DNA of 64,000 bases from Octopus vulgaris (GCA_951406725.2 OX597834.1:45384001-45448000); one strand, 5' to 3'; counted from the stretch's first letter, positions 1 to 15,080 are shown. Program-made: numbers and translations. Notes: generated from the letters alone by a model not told the origin.

Positions 1-99
1 CAGCCTACCCACAAACTGGCAAAACACATACATTATGTATATGTGTTCGATATTGGTTGCATCGCTCGGGATGCTCTTCATTCATATTGGAATACATAC

Positions 100-209
100 A
101 TATAAACTAGGCATGGGTCTTCTACTATAACCTCGAACCGACAAAAGCCTTGTGAGTCGTGTATATATATGTATGTATGTGTGTGTATATATATATATAT
201 ATATGTATG

Positions 210-285
<76 letters not shown>

Positions 286-510
286 TGTGTGCGTGTCTTT
301 GTGACTGTGTTTGTCACTCACCCCACCATCGCATGGCTGCCGATGTTGGTGTCTTCACATCAGCCTAAAATAGCTGTTCGGCAAAACGCACCGATAGTAA
401 AATGACTAGGCTTACAAAGAGTAAGTCCTGATGTCGATTTCTTCGAATGAAACCCTTCGAGGCAGTGCTCCAGCATGGTCGCAGTGATATAACAGACACA
501 ATTAAGAGAA
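100..510 (+). mobile_element. SINE family A copy (5'-truncated; internal (TA)/(TG) microsatellite and conserved tail)
   Basis: 'tcttctactataacctcgaaccgacaaaagccttgtgagt' and tail 'ctaggcttacaaagagtaagtcctg...tgctccagcatggtcgcagt' match the fuller copies at 25692 and 56478. Confidence 0.8.
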
Positions 511-544
511 AGCAAAAGCAAGATATATATACACGCACACACAC

Positions 545-989
<445 letters not shown>

Positions 990-1143
990 TATCTGTGTAT
1001 GTATGTATATTTAATTACTATGAAGCATTATGTAGAATATGTTGTATAAAAGATCGTGAATAAGGCCAAGACAATGCGAAGTAAATGCAAGGTAAATCAC
1101 AGAAAAACAAATATGTGAATGAATATATACTTACCTAGTATTC

Positions 1144-1242
1144 AATATTTCGGGGTTATGACCCCATTTTCAAGGAATTGACGAATGCTGCCGGCAAAAT
1201 TCGTTAATTTCTTGAAAATAGGATCATAACCCCAGTAATATT
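1144..1242. repeat. imperfect inverted repeat (~43-bp arms), hammerhead-like remnant
   Basis: 1144-1186 is roughly the reverse complement of 1199-1242; minus strand reads ttgaaaa-t-ggggt-cata-acccc-gaaa. Confidence 0.7.
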
Positions 1243-1564
1243 TTATACGAGATCCGTCAACATTAATTCACATCTTTGTTTTCTTGTCATTTTCCTTCCA
1301 TTTACTTCGCATCGTTTTGGTCTTACCGACGATCTTTTATACAATATATATATAAATCTATATGTCTATGTATAAACATATATATGGGGTGGGGTATGTG
1401 TGTGTGTGTGTGTGTGCGTGCTTCATCGCATTATGACTTTACTGAAAGTATTCCATCACCTTATGAATTTTCTGAAAATAGTCCATGAAATAATGATTTA
1501 TTGTGATTGATTAGTTGTTGATGGCGTGTATATAAATGCATACATGCATTCATTCCCATATATA

Positions 1565-1605
<41 letters not shown>

Positions 1606-1651
1606 TTAGATATATATATATATACATAGACATGTTCATACATATGTACTA

Positions 1652-1688
<37 letters not shown>

Positions 1689-1712
1689 CACTCACTTATT
1701 CATATACATACA

Positions 1713-1743
<31 letters not shown>

Positions 1744-2039
1744 GTGTGTGTGCGTGTATACGTATACATGTATGCATGAATGTAGGTATGTATGTATATA
1801 TACCTGCACACCGGTGTGTGTATGTGTAAGACGTGAGAAAGTAAGCACAGATAGAGATTGCACAGTGCCAGAAAATTTGAATATGCTTTTAAACCAGATG
1901 GATATGTAGATATGTAGATCAACGGGGATACAGGTGAAATTGATTAATTCATACCTAGGCAGATAGCGGTAGTGGGAGTCAGCGTACGCATCAGAGGGAG
2001 AAGAGAAAGACACACGCAGAAGATTGATGATAGATTCAT

Positions 2040-2340
<301 letters not shown>

Positions 2341-3084
2341 AATACATAGAGGGTGAGATATATAGTGTGGCATAGGGAGATAGTAATAGTATGTGTGTGT
2401 GACAGAGAGAGAGAGCGAGAGAGAGAGAGAGAGAGAGATCTACAGATGTCTGAGTATCATCGAATACTAAATTTAACTTGGAATCTAGATTTATGTCGAG
2501 AGATATTCATTTTGCTATTTATCTTCGACTAAAACCACCTGAGGGGAAGTGTCTTACATTTTTAATCACAACCCTGATCATCGAGGGATGTCTATTTGTA
2601 TTCCAGTTTGTCTTGGGAAACTGAATCAGTAGAACCCCATTACTGAATGTTTGAATAAATCATAGAGACTGATAGCACCAGGATGTTTACATTAATATAT
2701 ATCCGTTCTATCAATGGATTTCGTTCTCTTGAATTATTAATACGTGCTGCTTCGCTGTGAAAAATCGAAGTATTTTTCCGACCACCGTTCCCTTGGAATT
2801 TTGAAGAAGAATTGGAACATCTAATGCTGCTACTGCTACAGATGATTAAGATGGCTTGAAATTTTGGCTCATGGCTTGCAACTTCGGTGGCCAGGGGAAG
2901 ACGATCGCATGGGCTCTGGTACAGAACAGGTACATCTTTTATCGACATCTAAAAGAGGAAAAGGAAAATCGACCTATGCGTAATTTGAACTGAGATAGTA
3001 ATGACCATCAAAATGTCGGTAAGGAATTTTGCTGCGCGCGGTAACGATTCTGCTAGCTTCCAACCTTCATAATACTAGTTATAT

Positions 3085-4047
3085 TAACAAGGCACAAAAT
3101 GTTTCGGGAGGGGGCCAGTCGATTAGATCGACCCTAGTACGCAAATGATATTTAATTCATAGATCCCCAAAGGAGAAAAAGCAAAGTCGATCTCGGCGGA
3201 ATTTGAACTCAGAACGTACGATGAACAAAATACCTATTTCTTTACTACCCACAAGGGGTTAAAAACAGAGAGGACAAACAAGAACAGACAAACGTTTTAA
3301 GTTGATTATGTAGACCCCCAGTGCGTAACTGGTATTTATTTAATCGACCCCGAAAGGATGAAAAGCGAAGTCGACCTCGGCGGAATTTGAACTCAGAACG
3401 TAGCGGCAGACGAAATACCACTAAGCATTTCACCCGGCGTGCTAACGATTCTGCCAGCTCACCGTCTTAGTACATATGCTAATATTAATGACGATGATAA
3501 TAATGGCTTCAAATTTTGCCACAAGGGAAGCCCTTTTGTGGGGGATGTGTCGATTACATCGAACCCAGTGCTCAACTTTTACTTAACTTGTCAACCACGA
3601 AAGAATGAAAGGCAAAGTGGAACTCGGCTGCATTTGGAAACTCTTCGGAGGGCAGGCGAAATACCACTAAACATTTCGTCCAGCGCGCTAACGATTCTGC
3701 CAGCTCACCGCTTTATTGAAGATGAAAATAACAATGCTTTTTACTATAGGCACAAGGCCTGACATTTTGGGGGAGGAGACCTGTCGAACCATTGCGTAAC
3801 TGCTACTTAAATAATCGACTCCGAAGTATGAAATGAAAAGTCGACCTCAGCGGTATTTGAACTCAGGACGTAGCTGTAGACAAAATATCTATTTCTTTAC
3901 TACCCACAAGGGTAGTAAACAAGGAGGGGACAAACAAGGACAGACAAATGGATTAAGTAGATTACGCCGACCCCAGTGCGTAACTGGTACTTAATTTATC
4001 GACCCCGAAAGGATGAACGGCAAAGTCGACCTCGGCAGAATTTGAAC
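3085..4047 (-). mobile_element. cluster of SINE family B copies (tRNA-derived, CORE-like body), including tandem dimers
   Basis: repeated 'atcgaccccgaaaggatgaa.gg.aaagtcgacctcggcggaatttgaactcagaacgta', the reverse complement of a B-box (gagttcaaattcc) plus body. Confidence 0.85.
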
Positions 4048-4274
4048 ATTAATGTTTTAGAATAGCATTCTGTATATCTTACTCAACGTGGATGATTACG
4101 CTTAGTAATTATGTAACGAAGCCTTCCTTCGTTTATTTCAGTAATTTCACTACTATTTCCAGTAGGCTTTCTATGTAAGTAAATTCTCTTCCATCTTTCG
4201 GTCTCTTCTGACTGGCAAATCTCATATTTGGATGAAACATCATTTCGTCTTGTTTTTTGTTTTGTTTTATTTCA

Positions 4275-4844
4275 GTGACTCCCAACCACAATCGTCACAG
4301 GATCGGAGTTACTTCACAATATATGCCTTGCCAGTGATCCTAATTTATGGCAAGCATAAATTCTGCAGATTAGAGCTAAACACGCCATGGATTATGTCCA
4401 ATATACGCTTCGGGCAGATATTTCACAGATCGCTTCCATGTCTCATAAACGTCCAATTAAAATCAATTTTCCCTCGCCGCAACGTAAGCGACTCCTTCAT
4501 TTCATAGAAATCTTAACATTCACACAATAAAATCAGCAAACTTTGTTTCAATAACAGAACCGCAAATAATACAATGATTGGTGACGTGCTTAACACGGGA
4601 GAGCACCAATCAAATTTAATTAAAATAATTAATTTCATTATATCGGGAACGTCACAATTCTTCTGATGACAATTGAGAAGAATTATATTACTCTAGATGA
4701 AATATCCGAACGAATTGGACGTGTTGGAGATACACAGAAATGACGTGAGAGATTGCAAATAGGCTGTGATGTGATGGAGAATTCTCGCGATCTATAGGCA
4801 AATCATAGTATACCCTGTTTGAAAACTATGATTATATATCCGAA

Positions 4845-4900
<56 letters not shown>

Positions 4901-5290
4901 AATATAATATATATATTATATATCCGAACCATGTGGACATGTTGGAAATACACAGAAATGACGTGAGTGATAGCAAAGAGGCTGCGATGTGATGGAGAAT
5001 TCTCGCTCGCAATTTATAGACAATTCCTTGTTTACCTTGTTTGAAAACTGTGATTATATAATGGTTTATCGTCGTCGTCATCGTATCTTCGGTTATTGCT
5101 TTTGTTGAGTTTTTTTATTGTAAAATCAGTGTTTATTGAATAGACATACAATCGGAGTTTAAATCATCTGTGTAACATTTTTTTTTTCTTCTTTTACTTT
5201 CTTTCCCGGGCTGTAGTTTCTAAGAAATTCTTGTCCGATACGTCACTAGCTATTATACGACGTGAGCTGAGATTTGTGAGATATTTTGGC
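4275..5290. repeat. copy 1 of a three-copy diverged non-coding duplication (has an internal duplication 4700-4840/4920-5060 around a (TA)n)
   Basis: blocks ctgcagatta, ccatggatta, agatatttcacagatc, aattaaaataattaatttc and agatgaaatatcc in the same order as copies 2 and 3. Confidence 0.85.
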
Positions 5291-6014
5291 TGGCTGCTAT
5301 CACGCCAGTTAAAACTGGTTCTTAGTAACCAAAGAAACAGCAATACCAAATGATTGACATTAACAGCACATGTGCAGAAGGAAGTTGAAAAACTACAATG
5401 AAAATCGTAGCTATCAATAATAAGAAAAAAGCGAAAAGAAAATTTCAGACAGTGCTTTTAGGATCGCAAAAACTACTATTTTTAGCAAAGGAGTGTGTGA
5501 TTAGAGACTGGTGATTTTTAAATATTACTAGCCGCTCCAATGAAGATTACGCCTCAACGATTCCATTGAGTAGTAGCAGTAGTAGCAGTAGTACTTGTTC
5601 TTCCAGTCGCAACCATTGGCGTCGGCATTTAACATTCTTATAGATTATATGCTTTTCATCAACGGTCACGAGGCAGTTCAAATAAGGAGATTTTCTTCTC
5701 ACGTGAAAAAGAGCAATGCAGTTATTGACACGTTCTTTTCACTCGCTATCACTCAGTTCATGAGAAATCCACTTGCCAAGCTTAGAAACGATTCTTAGTT
5801 CTTGCAAATGGCAATGCACAGTTGATGAATTAACGTCTTCTGCTAACTCGCATCAGATACATATGGATATCGTCCACCAGCAATTATTTTAGCAGATCTA
5901 TTACATACCATTACATTGTTTCCTTCTCTGTATTGAATTGTATTTAACATCTGAAAGTCAAAGCCTAACTTCGGACATAACATTATTTAATAATTTTTGT
6001 GTTAAATATATCAG

Positions 6015-6830
6015 TGGGTGTCAACCTCAACAGCTAGAAGATCTAAAATTTCTTGACAATATCTGCCTTATTGGTCTTCCTAAATTAGCTGTCAGCTTTA
6101 AATTCTGCAGATTACAACTATAAAATCCATGGATTACACACAAAGCTATTCTTCATAGATATTTCACAGATCCCTTCCACGTCTCGTAAACCTCCCATTA
6201 AAACTAATTTCATTTGGGCACAACGTGGGCGATCCATTCGTATCCTGCACGTAAATCACATTTAAAATATAAAATCGGTAAACGAGCTTTGTTTCAATAT
6301 CACACTCACAAATAATACATTCATTGTCGGACGTGTTTACAACAGCAAAGTACGAGTCAAAGTAAATTAAAATAATTAATTTCTTTATATCAGGATTTTC
6401 TGTACTGTAATGATGACAATTGAGAAATAAGGATTATGTTACTCGAGATGAAATATCCCAACGATGTGGGTCTGCCTGAGCTACAGAGAAGAGACATAAG
6501 TGATTGCCAACAGGGCGTGAAGTGTTGAGGAATTCTTGCCATCTATAAGCAAATCCTAGTTTCGTGTTTGAAAATGTTAGTATATAATGGTTTGCTCTCA
6601 CCGTCTTCGTTCTTGTTGTTTTAATTGTTGCTGCTGATGTTCCGTTTTTGTTTAGCAGAAATCAGTGTTTAATGAATAGGGATATGATAGAATATGTTTA
6701 AAGAAAGTCTATGCTGTTCCTTTTTTTTTTTTTACTTTCCTAGCAGCGTTATCCGAGACAACATTTTTCAAAATGTCACTTCCACTTATACGATCGGAGA
6801 TGCGATTTGTGAGAAATTTGACTGCTGTTT
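6015..6830. repeat. copy 2 of the three-copy duplication
   Basis: same ordered blocks at ~6104, 6127, 6157, 6365, 6447. Confidence 0.85.
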
Positions 6831-7349
6831 CCGGGTTGCAAACAGACATTGCAAAGCACAGAAGCCGCTAATCCAAACGAGTAACTCCTGCTGAAGGGAA
6901 CAGAAAAATATAATGAATAACTGCAACCTAACACCAGCTGTTGAATTAAGAAACGTCCAGGCTGTGAAAAAATAATAAATCCGGAACCCCATAAAAATAT
7001 GACCCAATTTTATGAGTTTTGGGGTGTAACTGAATATTTTTACTATTAAAGAATAAAAAGTTTTGAATGGTATAACAATGCACTATAATACAGACAATGG
7101 GCAATATACCTGTTGTAATTTAGTCATCCATAGACTGATATGATCGAAATATTATAACAGACTATGGACGAATAAATTACAACAGGTATATGGCCCATTG
7201 CCTCTATTATAGTCCTTTGTTCTACCATTCAAAACTTTTTATTCTTTACAAACAATACACAATGCTTCAAGCGAACTACAAGACTCTCCTATTACTATCA
7301 CTGTCCGAGTATGGTCATCTAGAAACTCATTTGTTAATGGTTACTATAG

Positions 7350-7935
<586 letters not shown>

Positions 7936-7983
7936 TAGAAGCACTAGCAGCAGCGGATCCGGCACCTTATCTACTCTAGATTT

Positions 7984-8268
7984 GGAGGCACATGGCCTAG
8001 TGGTTAGAGCAGCGGACTCGCGGTCGAGGGATCGCTGGTTCGAATTTCAGACCGGGCGATGTGTGTGTTTATGAGCGAAACACCTAAGCTCCACGCGGCT
8101 CCGGCAGATGGTAATGGCGAACTTTTGCTGACTCTTTTACCACAACGTTCTCTCACACTTTCCTCCTGCATCTTGCAGCTCACCTGCGACGGACCGGCGC
8201 CCCGTCCAGGTGGGGAACCTATACGCCAAGGAAATCGGGAAACCGGCCCTATGAGCCAGAAGCCGGCA
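7984..8268 (+). mobile_element. full-length tRNA-derived SINE, family C
   Basis: A box 'tggcctagtgg', B box 'ggttcgaatttc'; GC-rich body ending 'cgacggaccggcgccccgtccagg...gaaaccggccctatgagcc'. Confidence 0.8.
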
Positions 8269-8504
8269 TTTGATGTATCCTCGTAGTACCGCATTATGAA
8301 ATATATTTTTTCTTCTTCTAATGCTAATGTTGCTGCCATTTCTAGCAAAATTGATACCTACCTAAATTCTATTGTATTTCTCTGACATTTCTGAATTAAC
8401 TTCAGCTCAGCACCAAACAAGCAAAACATTTCGTTAGTTATTACATAATTTCGGTCTTTTTTTAATTATTTATTTATTCCTTTGTATTTTATTCTCTTAC
8501 CTGC

Positions 8505-9295
8505 AGAAAGTGTACAAACGTACAGTCGCTAGAAAAATGCAGATTTTTTTTTCGCAATAGTCTCATACATGCCAGTCATCCTTAATTAACTGGTAAGGAT
8601 AAATCCTGCAGATTAAAGCTACATAATCCATGGATTATACCCAAGATAACCTTTCGACAGATATTTCACAGATCCCTTCCGCGTTTCATAAGCGTCCAAT
8701 TAAAACCGATTTCCTTTCGTCACCAAGTAAGAGACACATTCATGTCATGTTCAGAAATCGCACCATTCAGACAATGAAATCCGTAAACAAACTTTGTTTC
8801 GATATCACAGTCACAAATAACACAATGATTGGTGGACGTGCTTAAGACAGGGAGCAACAATAAAATTTAATTAAAATAATTAATTTCGCTGTCAGAATTT
8901 TCAGAATTATAGTGATTTCGATTGAGAAATAATAATTATATTACCCAAGATGAAATATCCAAACGATGCGAACGTGTTGGAGTTACGCAGAAACGACTTG
9001 AGCGCCAGCAGGGTGTGATGTAATGGAAAATTCTCGCGGTCTGTAAATGAAGTAGAGTTTCCTGTTCGAAAGCTGTGATTATATAACGCTTTTACGTCGC
9101 CGTCGTCGTGATTCGTGTTGTTTTTGTAGTTGCTGTCGTTGGGGATTTTGCTTAATTTGAAGTCAGTGTTTATGGACTGGTGAAGTGATTAAAGGTGTTT
9201 AGTTGTTAAGCATCACACTATTTTATATCATTTGCTGAGCTGTACTTTTTTTCTGAGACACCATTGTCCAAAATGTTGCTACTCGTTATACGACG
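8505..9295. repeat. copy 3 of the three-copy duplication
   Basis: same ordered blocks at ~8606, 8628, 8659, 8869, 8948. Confidence 0.85.
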
Positions 9296-9444
9296 GGTGT
9301 ATGACACCTTTCTCTTTTAATTACCCGAACAGTTTTATGTGTGGCGGGGGAGGGCGTTGAGATATTTTGTTTAAGGTGGTGTACCTAAGGTCATGCTTTC
9401 GATTCCAGCACCAGGTGGCGCGTTGAGTTCTTGATCAAAACACT

Positions 9445-9605
9445 ACATGTTAGTCCTGGTGATTTTGTTATGTATTTGAATATTTTTTATCATACCTAAT
9501 GCGCCCAGTTTGATAAGAATTGTTTCTGTTTTTAGACTCCACCTTCGACTTACCTCTATTTCAAGATCTTTGTAATTTGAACTTTTCTCCATTTCTTTGT
9601 CAGTT
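9445..9605 (-). pseudogene. R4/Dong-like non-LTR retrotransposon, RLE C-terminal fragment
   Basis: translates DKEMEKSSNYKDLEIEVSRRWSLKTETILIKLGALGMIK, the K..KY.DL..E..R.W...GALG pattern of restriction-like endonuclease ends. Confidence 0.8.
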
Positions 9606-9696
9606 ATTTTTGGGTTCATGCGATGTCTTTATTCCCGATGGTTTTGCATAGATTTCGGAGCAGTGTTTCATCGCACTCACATGTGAAACGTCCCAT

Positions 9697-9740
9697 TATT
9701 ATTAATATTATCATCATCATCATCGTCGTCGTCGTCGTCG

Positions 9741-9795
<55 letters not shown>

Positions 9796-9796
9796 T

Positions 9797-9831
<35 letters not shown>

Positions 9832-9843
9832 TATTATTATTAT
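9697..9843. repeat. (CAT)n/(TTA)n microsatellite
   Basis: direct. Confidence 0.95.
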
Positions 9844-10163
9844 GAAAGACTCTCGGATAGTTCTTAACTACCGGTTGTTCTTTACTGAAAAGCAGGCAAA
9901 CCAAAGGTTTCATTAGGGGCCTTCTCCTGTGACCAAAGCGACATTACTCTCCTTAGAATGCGAGCTATGCCCAACAGTGCTGTCTTCTAGATCACTTCGA
10001 GCCTGACTGCTGCTCCAATATTCTTAGTATGGTTTTCAAAGCTCTTGGAAACTGCTTCTAATGCTCCAGTTTCCACCAGTATCACCATTACTTTCCTCAT
10101 GCCCCATAACGTTCCTATCTCGTCCTACTGTGGCTGGTATTTCCCACTCTTTTCTCTTTCCAT
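9843..10163 (-). pseudogene. 3' end of an R4/Dong-like retrotransposon (RLE C-terminus plus 3'UTR) embedded in TAA repeat
   Basis: EREKSGKYQPQ*DEIGTLWGMRKVMVILVETGALEAVSKSFENHTKNIGAAVRLEVI*KTALLGIARILRRVMSL; the 3'UTR runs straight into (TAA)n. Confidence 0.85.
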
Positions 10164-10171
10164 TACTATTA

Positions 10172-10223
<52 letters not shown>

Positions 10224-10224
<1 letters not shown>

Positions 10225-10778
10225 GAGTGAGAGAGCAGTGCATGTCATCAAAGTGAGACTGGGTTAAAATATACGAAGCCCAATATACCCATCATGACTT
10301 CCCGTCTGATAAGGGTACACCAGGCACATGCATCACAACCATATGTGCGCGACATGGTGATCTCATATCAAGATAAACAGCACATGATTTTGCAGATGGG
10401 GCCCAGTTAGAATTTTCTTCAGGTTGAGTAGCCCATCCCGCTCAAAAGGTCCCTGAATAAGAGTTGTTTAAGGATGTTGAAAGAACCACCCATGTTTCCA
10501 GAGGTGAATTATTCAAACCCCAAAGAATCCCTCTCAACACATGGCTATGATGCTCCCCCACTACTTCTGCTCGTGATCAGAGATGCACATATCGTCAGCC
10601 ACTAAGGGACAGGCTCAACTGGTTAAGGTCAAACAACTGACAAGCAAATCTGTGGTATTGAGCAGAATATTTGCTGTAGCCCATCTTTTATACCAAGAGA
10701 AAACAATGTACATGATAACACTTCCAATCAGTTAAGATCAGAAGCCATGAGAGCAGCTGCCTGGTACTGCATCAGGGC
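10224..10778. mobile_element. ~555-bp non-coding insertion inside (TTA)n, probably a non-autonomous TAA-targeted retroelement
   Basis: sharp boundaries with TTA repeat on both sides; GC higher than flanks; no credible ORF. Confidence 0.65.
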
Positions 10779-12545
10779 ATTATTATTATTGTTATTATTA
10801 TGATTATTATTATTAACACCATACATTCTGTTGCATGTGAAATCACATTATGGCTGGCTAAATCATATCTGATATTTTATTATGTTACTTTACCACATAA
10901 GTTCAAAATACCAATCAAATAGCAAACCCGAATCTGTCACATATTTGGTAACCTTGTCCCAAAGTCGAAAATCAATGCTGGACCGTCTGCATTGGAACGA
11001 GAAAACCAGCCTATGTGACGAAACACGAATAACCTTTCACGATAGAGGAAGGCTGCGAAATGCCGTAGATCTCAGCAGTAAAATTGTCTAAATAAAAAGT
11101 CAATTTGTGTTTTCATTTCTTTGCTTTTATGTTTTTACTCCGAAATAAAATATCGATAATGTTTTCTGGTCCGTTTCAAAATTGTAATTAATATATTAAA
11201 TAATAATTTCTAGCACAGACGTAGGGCTATAAATTTTCAGTGACATAACAGTCGATTAAACCGATGCCAAAACTTGGAGTGGATTTAACTTTATCGACTC
11301 TGGAAAAGAATGAAAATGAAATATTGACCCGGTAGCTCAACCGGTTCTACGATTCACCCAATTCTCTCTCTAGAATTATAACATTGGTTTCTATTTGGGA
11401 TAATAATCAATATTATATTTGGTAAGGTTGTGTTACTTTCGTTATCTTGAGCAAACCATTAAACAGCCTCTGAGTGTGCGAATCATGCATTTAACGGTTC
11501 TGCAGAACATGGAGTTATTTCTTAGTTACCTGAAGTTCCAGGTTTATTGTCTCCCAGCGTGAATTACTTTCTATGGACATAAGTTAATGGTAAAATATCA
11601 TTAGACCGTTTTCTGTAGCTGAAGCATAGGGCACTGAAGCAGTCCCACTGATGTATTGGCATTTTCTTATGTAACGTGAGATACTCCTGCCAAAATGTGG
11701 AATAGGACTTTTACTGCCAGGAAAAGGTTGGGAGAGCTGCTGGTGACCTGAATTATGGAATTTAGGGATCTGTTTGGGGACCTTAGGTAAGCAAGTTTCA
11801 GTTAAGGAGTTCACGAGGTTTGGACAGTATAGAGTTACTCCTTAGAAAAACTCCCAGCTCCGCTCCATTCCCTCTGTGGTGTGCGAGTAACTCAGTGACA
11901 AAGTAACAAAAATATTCCTGTGGCTAAATATAAGCTCGTCGCGGTCACTAGACATACATCGTACAGACTCACCGGTGTGTAGACATTAGCTGAGATAACG
12001 TGAAAACGAGTAAGTGCTTAAAGGATGAACTCCAGTGGACAGTTGAGGACAAGAGTTGTGCGATAATTTGAGATGTTGCTCAAGACATCTAGCGGCCATC
12101 TAGTGATTAAGCTCCGGCTGGAGTGTTCAGAAGATTTGGGTAGTGTAGCGATACACCTTCGTGAACACTCATTCTATATCAGCTCTGGCTCCAGGATGAC
12201 ACAGAGTACTATCTGTCAAATGAGATAATTGTGGCTGATCAAACAGCAATTGCAGGAGAACTGGGTTTTACAGATGTATCATTTGAATCTGTACCCCTAC
12301 GTAAGTATGAAGTGGGTATTGTACCTGAAGAATGATATGGGGTCGGCAGAAGACTACCTGAGTTAATGGTAAATATACCGATTAAATCAGAAAGAAAATG
12401 CTGCTGCATCTTAATTCATGTAAAATCATGATCTTCAAACTTGGCACGGATGGCCATGATTACATCTTCGCAATACATGAAGAGAGATAGAAATGGAGAG
12501 AGTGGTGTCCCTGTTGCGCATCACTACGTTAGTGTTTATTAAGTG

Positions 12546-12680
12546 TGAAGGCGCGTGGTTTAGTGGTTCAGGTATTCGGTTAATGGTAGTAAGTTCATGA
12601 GTTCGGTTCTTGGCGGCGTCTTGCGTCCTTAAACGAGAGATTTTATTTCCTTTGCTTCAGACCACTCGGCTGTAAAAAAG
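12546..12680 (+). mobile_element. decayed tRNA-derived SINE head
   Basis: A box 'tggtttagtgg', B-box-like 'gagttcggttc'. Confidence 0.55.
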
Positions 12681-13393
12681 TTAATAACTGTTTTCTTTCT
12701 ATGAAGCTATAAGTGGTTTGACTGCTGTCTCTAGCAATATACGAGCTTCTTGCACATACAGTCACAATTAGTGTCTATTAAATTTTTCCTTGTATAGTTT
12801 CTATTGTGCCAAGCAACTCAAATTAATTTTACACTCTACGATTTGGCATTTCTCCAAATCAGTCATAAATGCACATAACGAATATATATACTGACAGAGG
12901 GAACTAGTTGTTCTCTGGAAGCGACGGAAGCACAAAGATGTCGTTTCCTATTAAAATGAAATTCTGCTGTTCAGTATCATTAACTTCGCTTCGTTCATGG
13001 GGCCTTTATCTACATATCTACCCTGTCACTACATATAAATGTCCCTTATTTCATATATATATATATATATACATGGAGAGAGGGGGTGGAGAGAGAGAGA
13101 GGGTGGGTGGAGAGAGATGGAGAGAGGTCACTAAAGTAGGCAGAAAGTAAAAAGTGCTTCTGCTAGAAATATTTCCAATCGTTTCATTAGACACAAAACA
13201 GTATCTTAGTAAGCTGACAAAGAAGACAAAGCTCCCTAAAGGTCAGCCTTTCTCTTGTAGTGCTTTTGTGGCTAATAAGTCGTTTTGACTCATGCCACGC
13301 TATGCTGGTACCACCCTTTACCCTCTGTCACTTTAGTGACGTCTACAGATCTGCCCTTAGGTTGTTAAATTGCTCATAAGCCGCTCATTACTG

Positions 13394-13460
<67 letters not shown>

Positions 13461-13464
13461 TACT

Positions 13465-13620
13465 CAGGGCCTCGACAGTTTCCGTCTGCCGAATTCTCTC
13501 GAAAGTGTCATTGGTTGACCCAAGCCTGCTGTAGAAATCACCTGCCCAAAGTATCGCTCAGTGGTTCTAACCTCGAAATCACCTACTCAGAAGACGAGCA
13601 TTACCATAACTATACAGATG
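13465..13620 (-). mobile_element. decayed SINE family A head
   Basis: 'cagtttccgtctgccgaattc...tagaaatcacctgcccaaag'. Confidence 0.6.
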
Positions 13621-14154
13621 TGCCTGTTGTGCATTATACCAGAATAAATAATATTATGGTTCTGAGGGCGTTTCTGGAAGCAGAGCCCGTCAGACGCCAT
13701 TTTATCAATTATGCGCATGTATTTATACAGGAAAAATTATTGATTTCTGGATGGCGAATGCAAATAACAGGTTCCACTATGAAACAGCGAAATAAACCAT
13801 TACTTCTCGCATACGATTTCGTCGTAGTCAAAACAAAGAATTGTTACACCTTTCAGTGACATTTCTGTGGCATATTGTATAACAGTCAGGAATTATTGGA
13901 AATAAAAAAGGAAAGAAAATGTTATACCGTTCCATATAATATATCGATTACTTTCAAATCTGGACGAAAAGAATATGTCGATATTTCAGTATTGATATTT
14001 TTGAAGGTCGCCGAATTAGTCTCAATGCTAGGTTCCTCAGTCTATATATAATATACAATACTGCGATTTATATTTATTCGTCTCTTTTTCAAAGTTTAGA
14101 AATAAAAGTGAATGGATCGATGGATCGGTGCGATGTTTCGTTTCTCTTTTATAC

Positions 14155-14380
<226 letters not shown>

Positions 14381-14382
14381 CA

Positions 14383-14430
<48 letters not shown>

Positions 14431-14682
14431 CCCATGCCTTGGAAATGGGCTCGGAGATTTTTGTGGGGAGTTTACATGGAATTACTCTAAATGGTATACC
14501 CCGTTGTTGCGTATTCTATTTAATAATTATTCATTTTTCTAACTTCTGTTCTTATATGCTTTTGTTGTATACTAATTGTTATAGGGTATCCTTCATTCAC
14601 TGGTTTGCGTGATGTACATCGTACACACAGACAGTTATTGTACTCCATGACTTAGGACCTTTCGGTCGATAAAATAATTTAA

Positions 14683-14832
14683 CATCATCATCATCATCAT
14701 CATCATCATAATCATTGTTATCATCACCACCAGCAGCATCAGCACTACCATCACCAGAACCGTCATCATCAACATCATCATCATCATCATCACCACAATC
14801 ATTATCGTAATCATCACCACAATCACCATCGA

Positions 14833-14864
<32 letters not shown>

Positions 14865-15032
14865 CCATCATCATCATCGTCATCGTCATCATCATCATCA
14901 TCATAATCATCATCATCATCATCATCACCACAATCACCATCGACATCATCATCATCATCATCATCATCATCACCATCATCATCATCGTCATCGTCATCAT
15001 CATCATCATTATCATCATCAACATCATCATCG

Positions 15033-15068
<36 letters not shown>

Positions 15069-15080
15069 ACATCATCATCG

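Noticed and set aside
6409-6481. C/D-box snoRNA-like ATGATGA...CTGA in duplicate copy 2
   Set aside because: The boxes are not conserved in copies 1 and 3, and there is no clear terminal stem.
7984-8056. Possible tRNA gene
   Set aside because: No good acceptor stem or terminator, and it continues into a SINE body.
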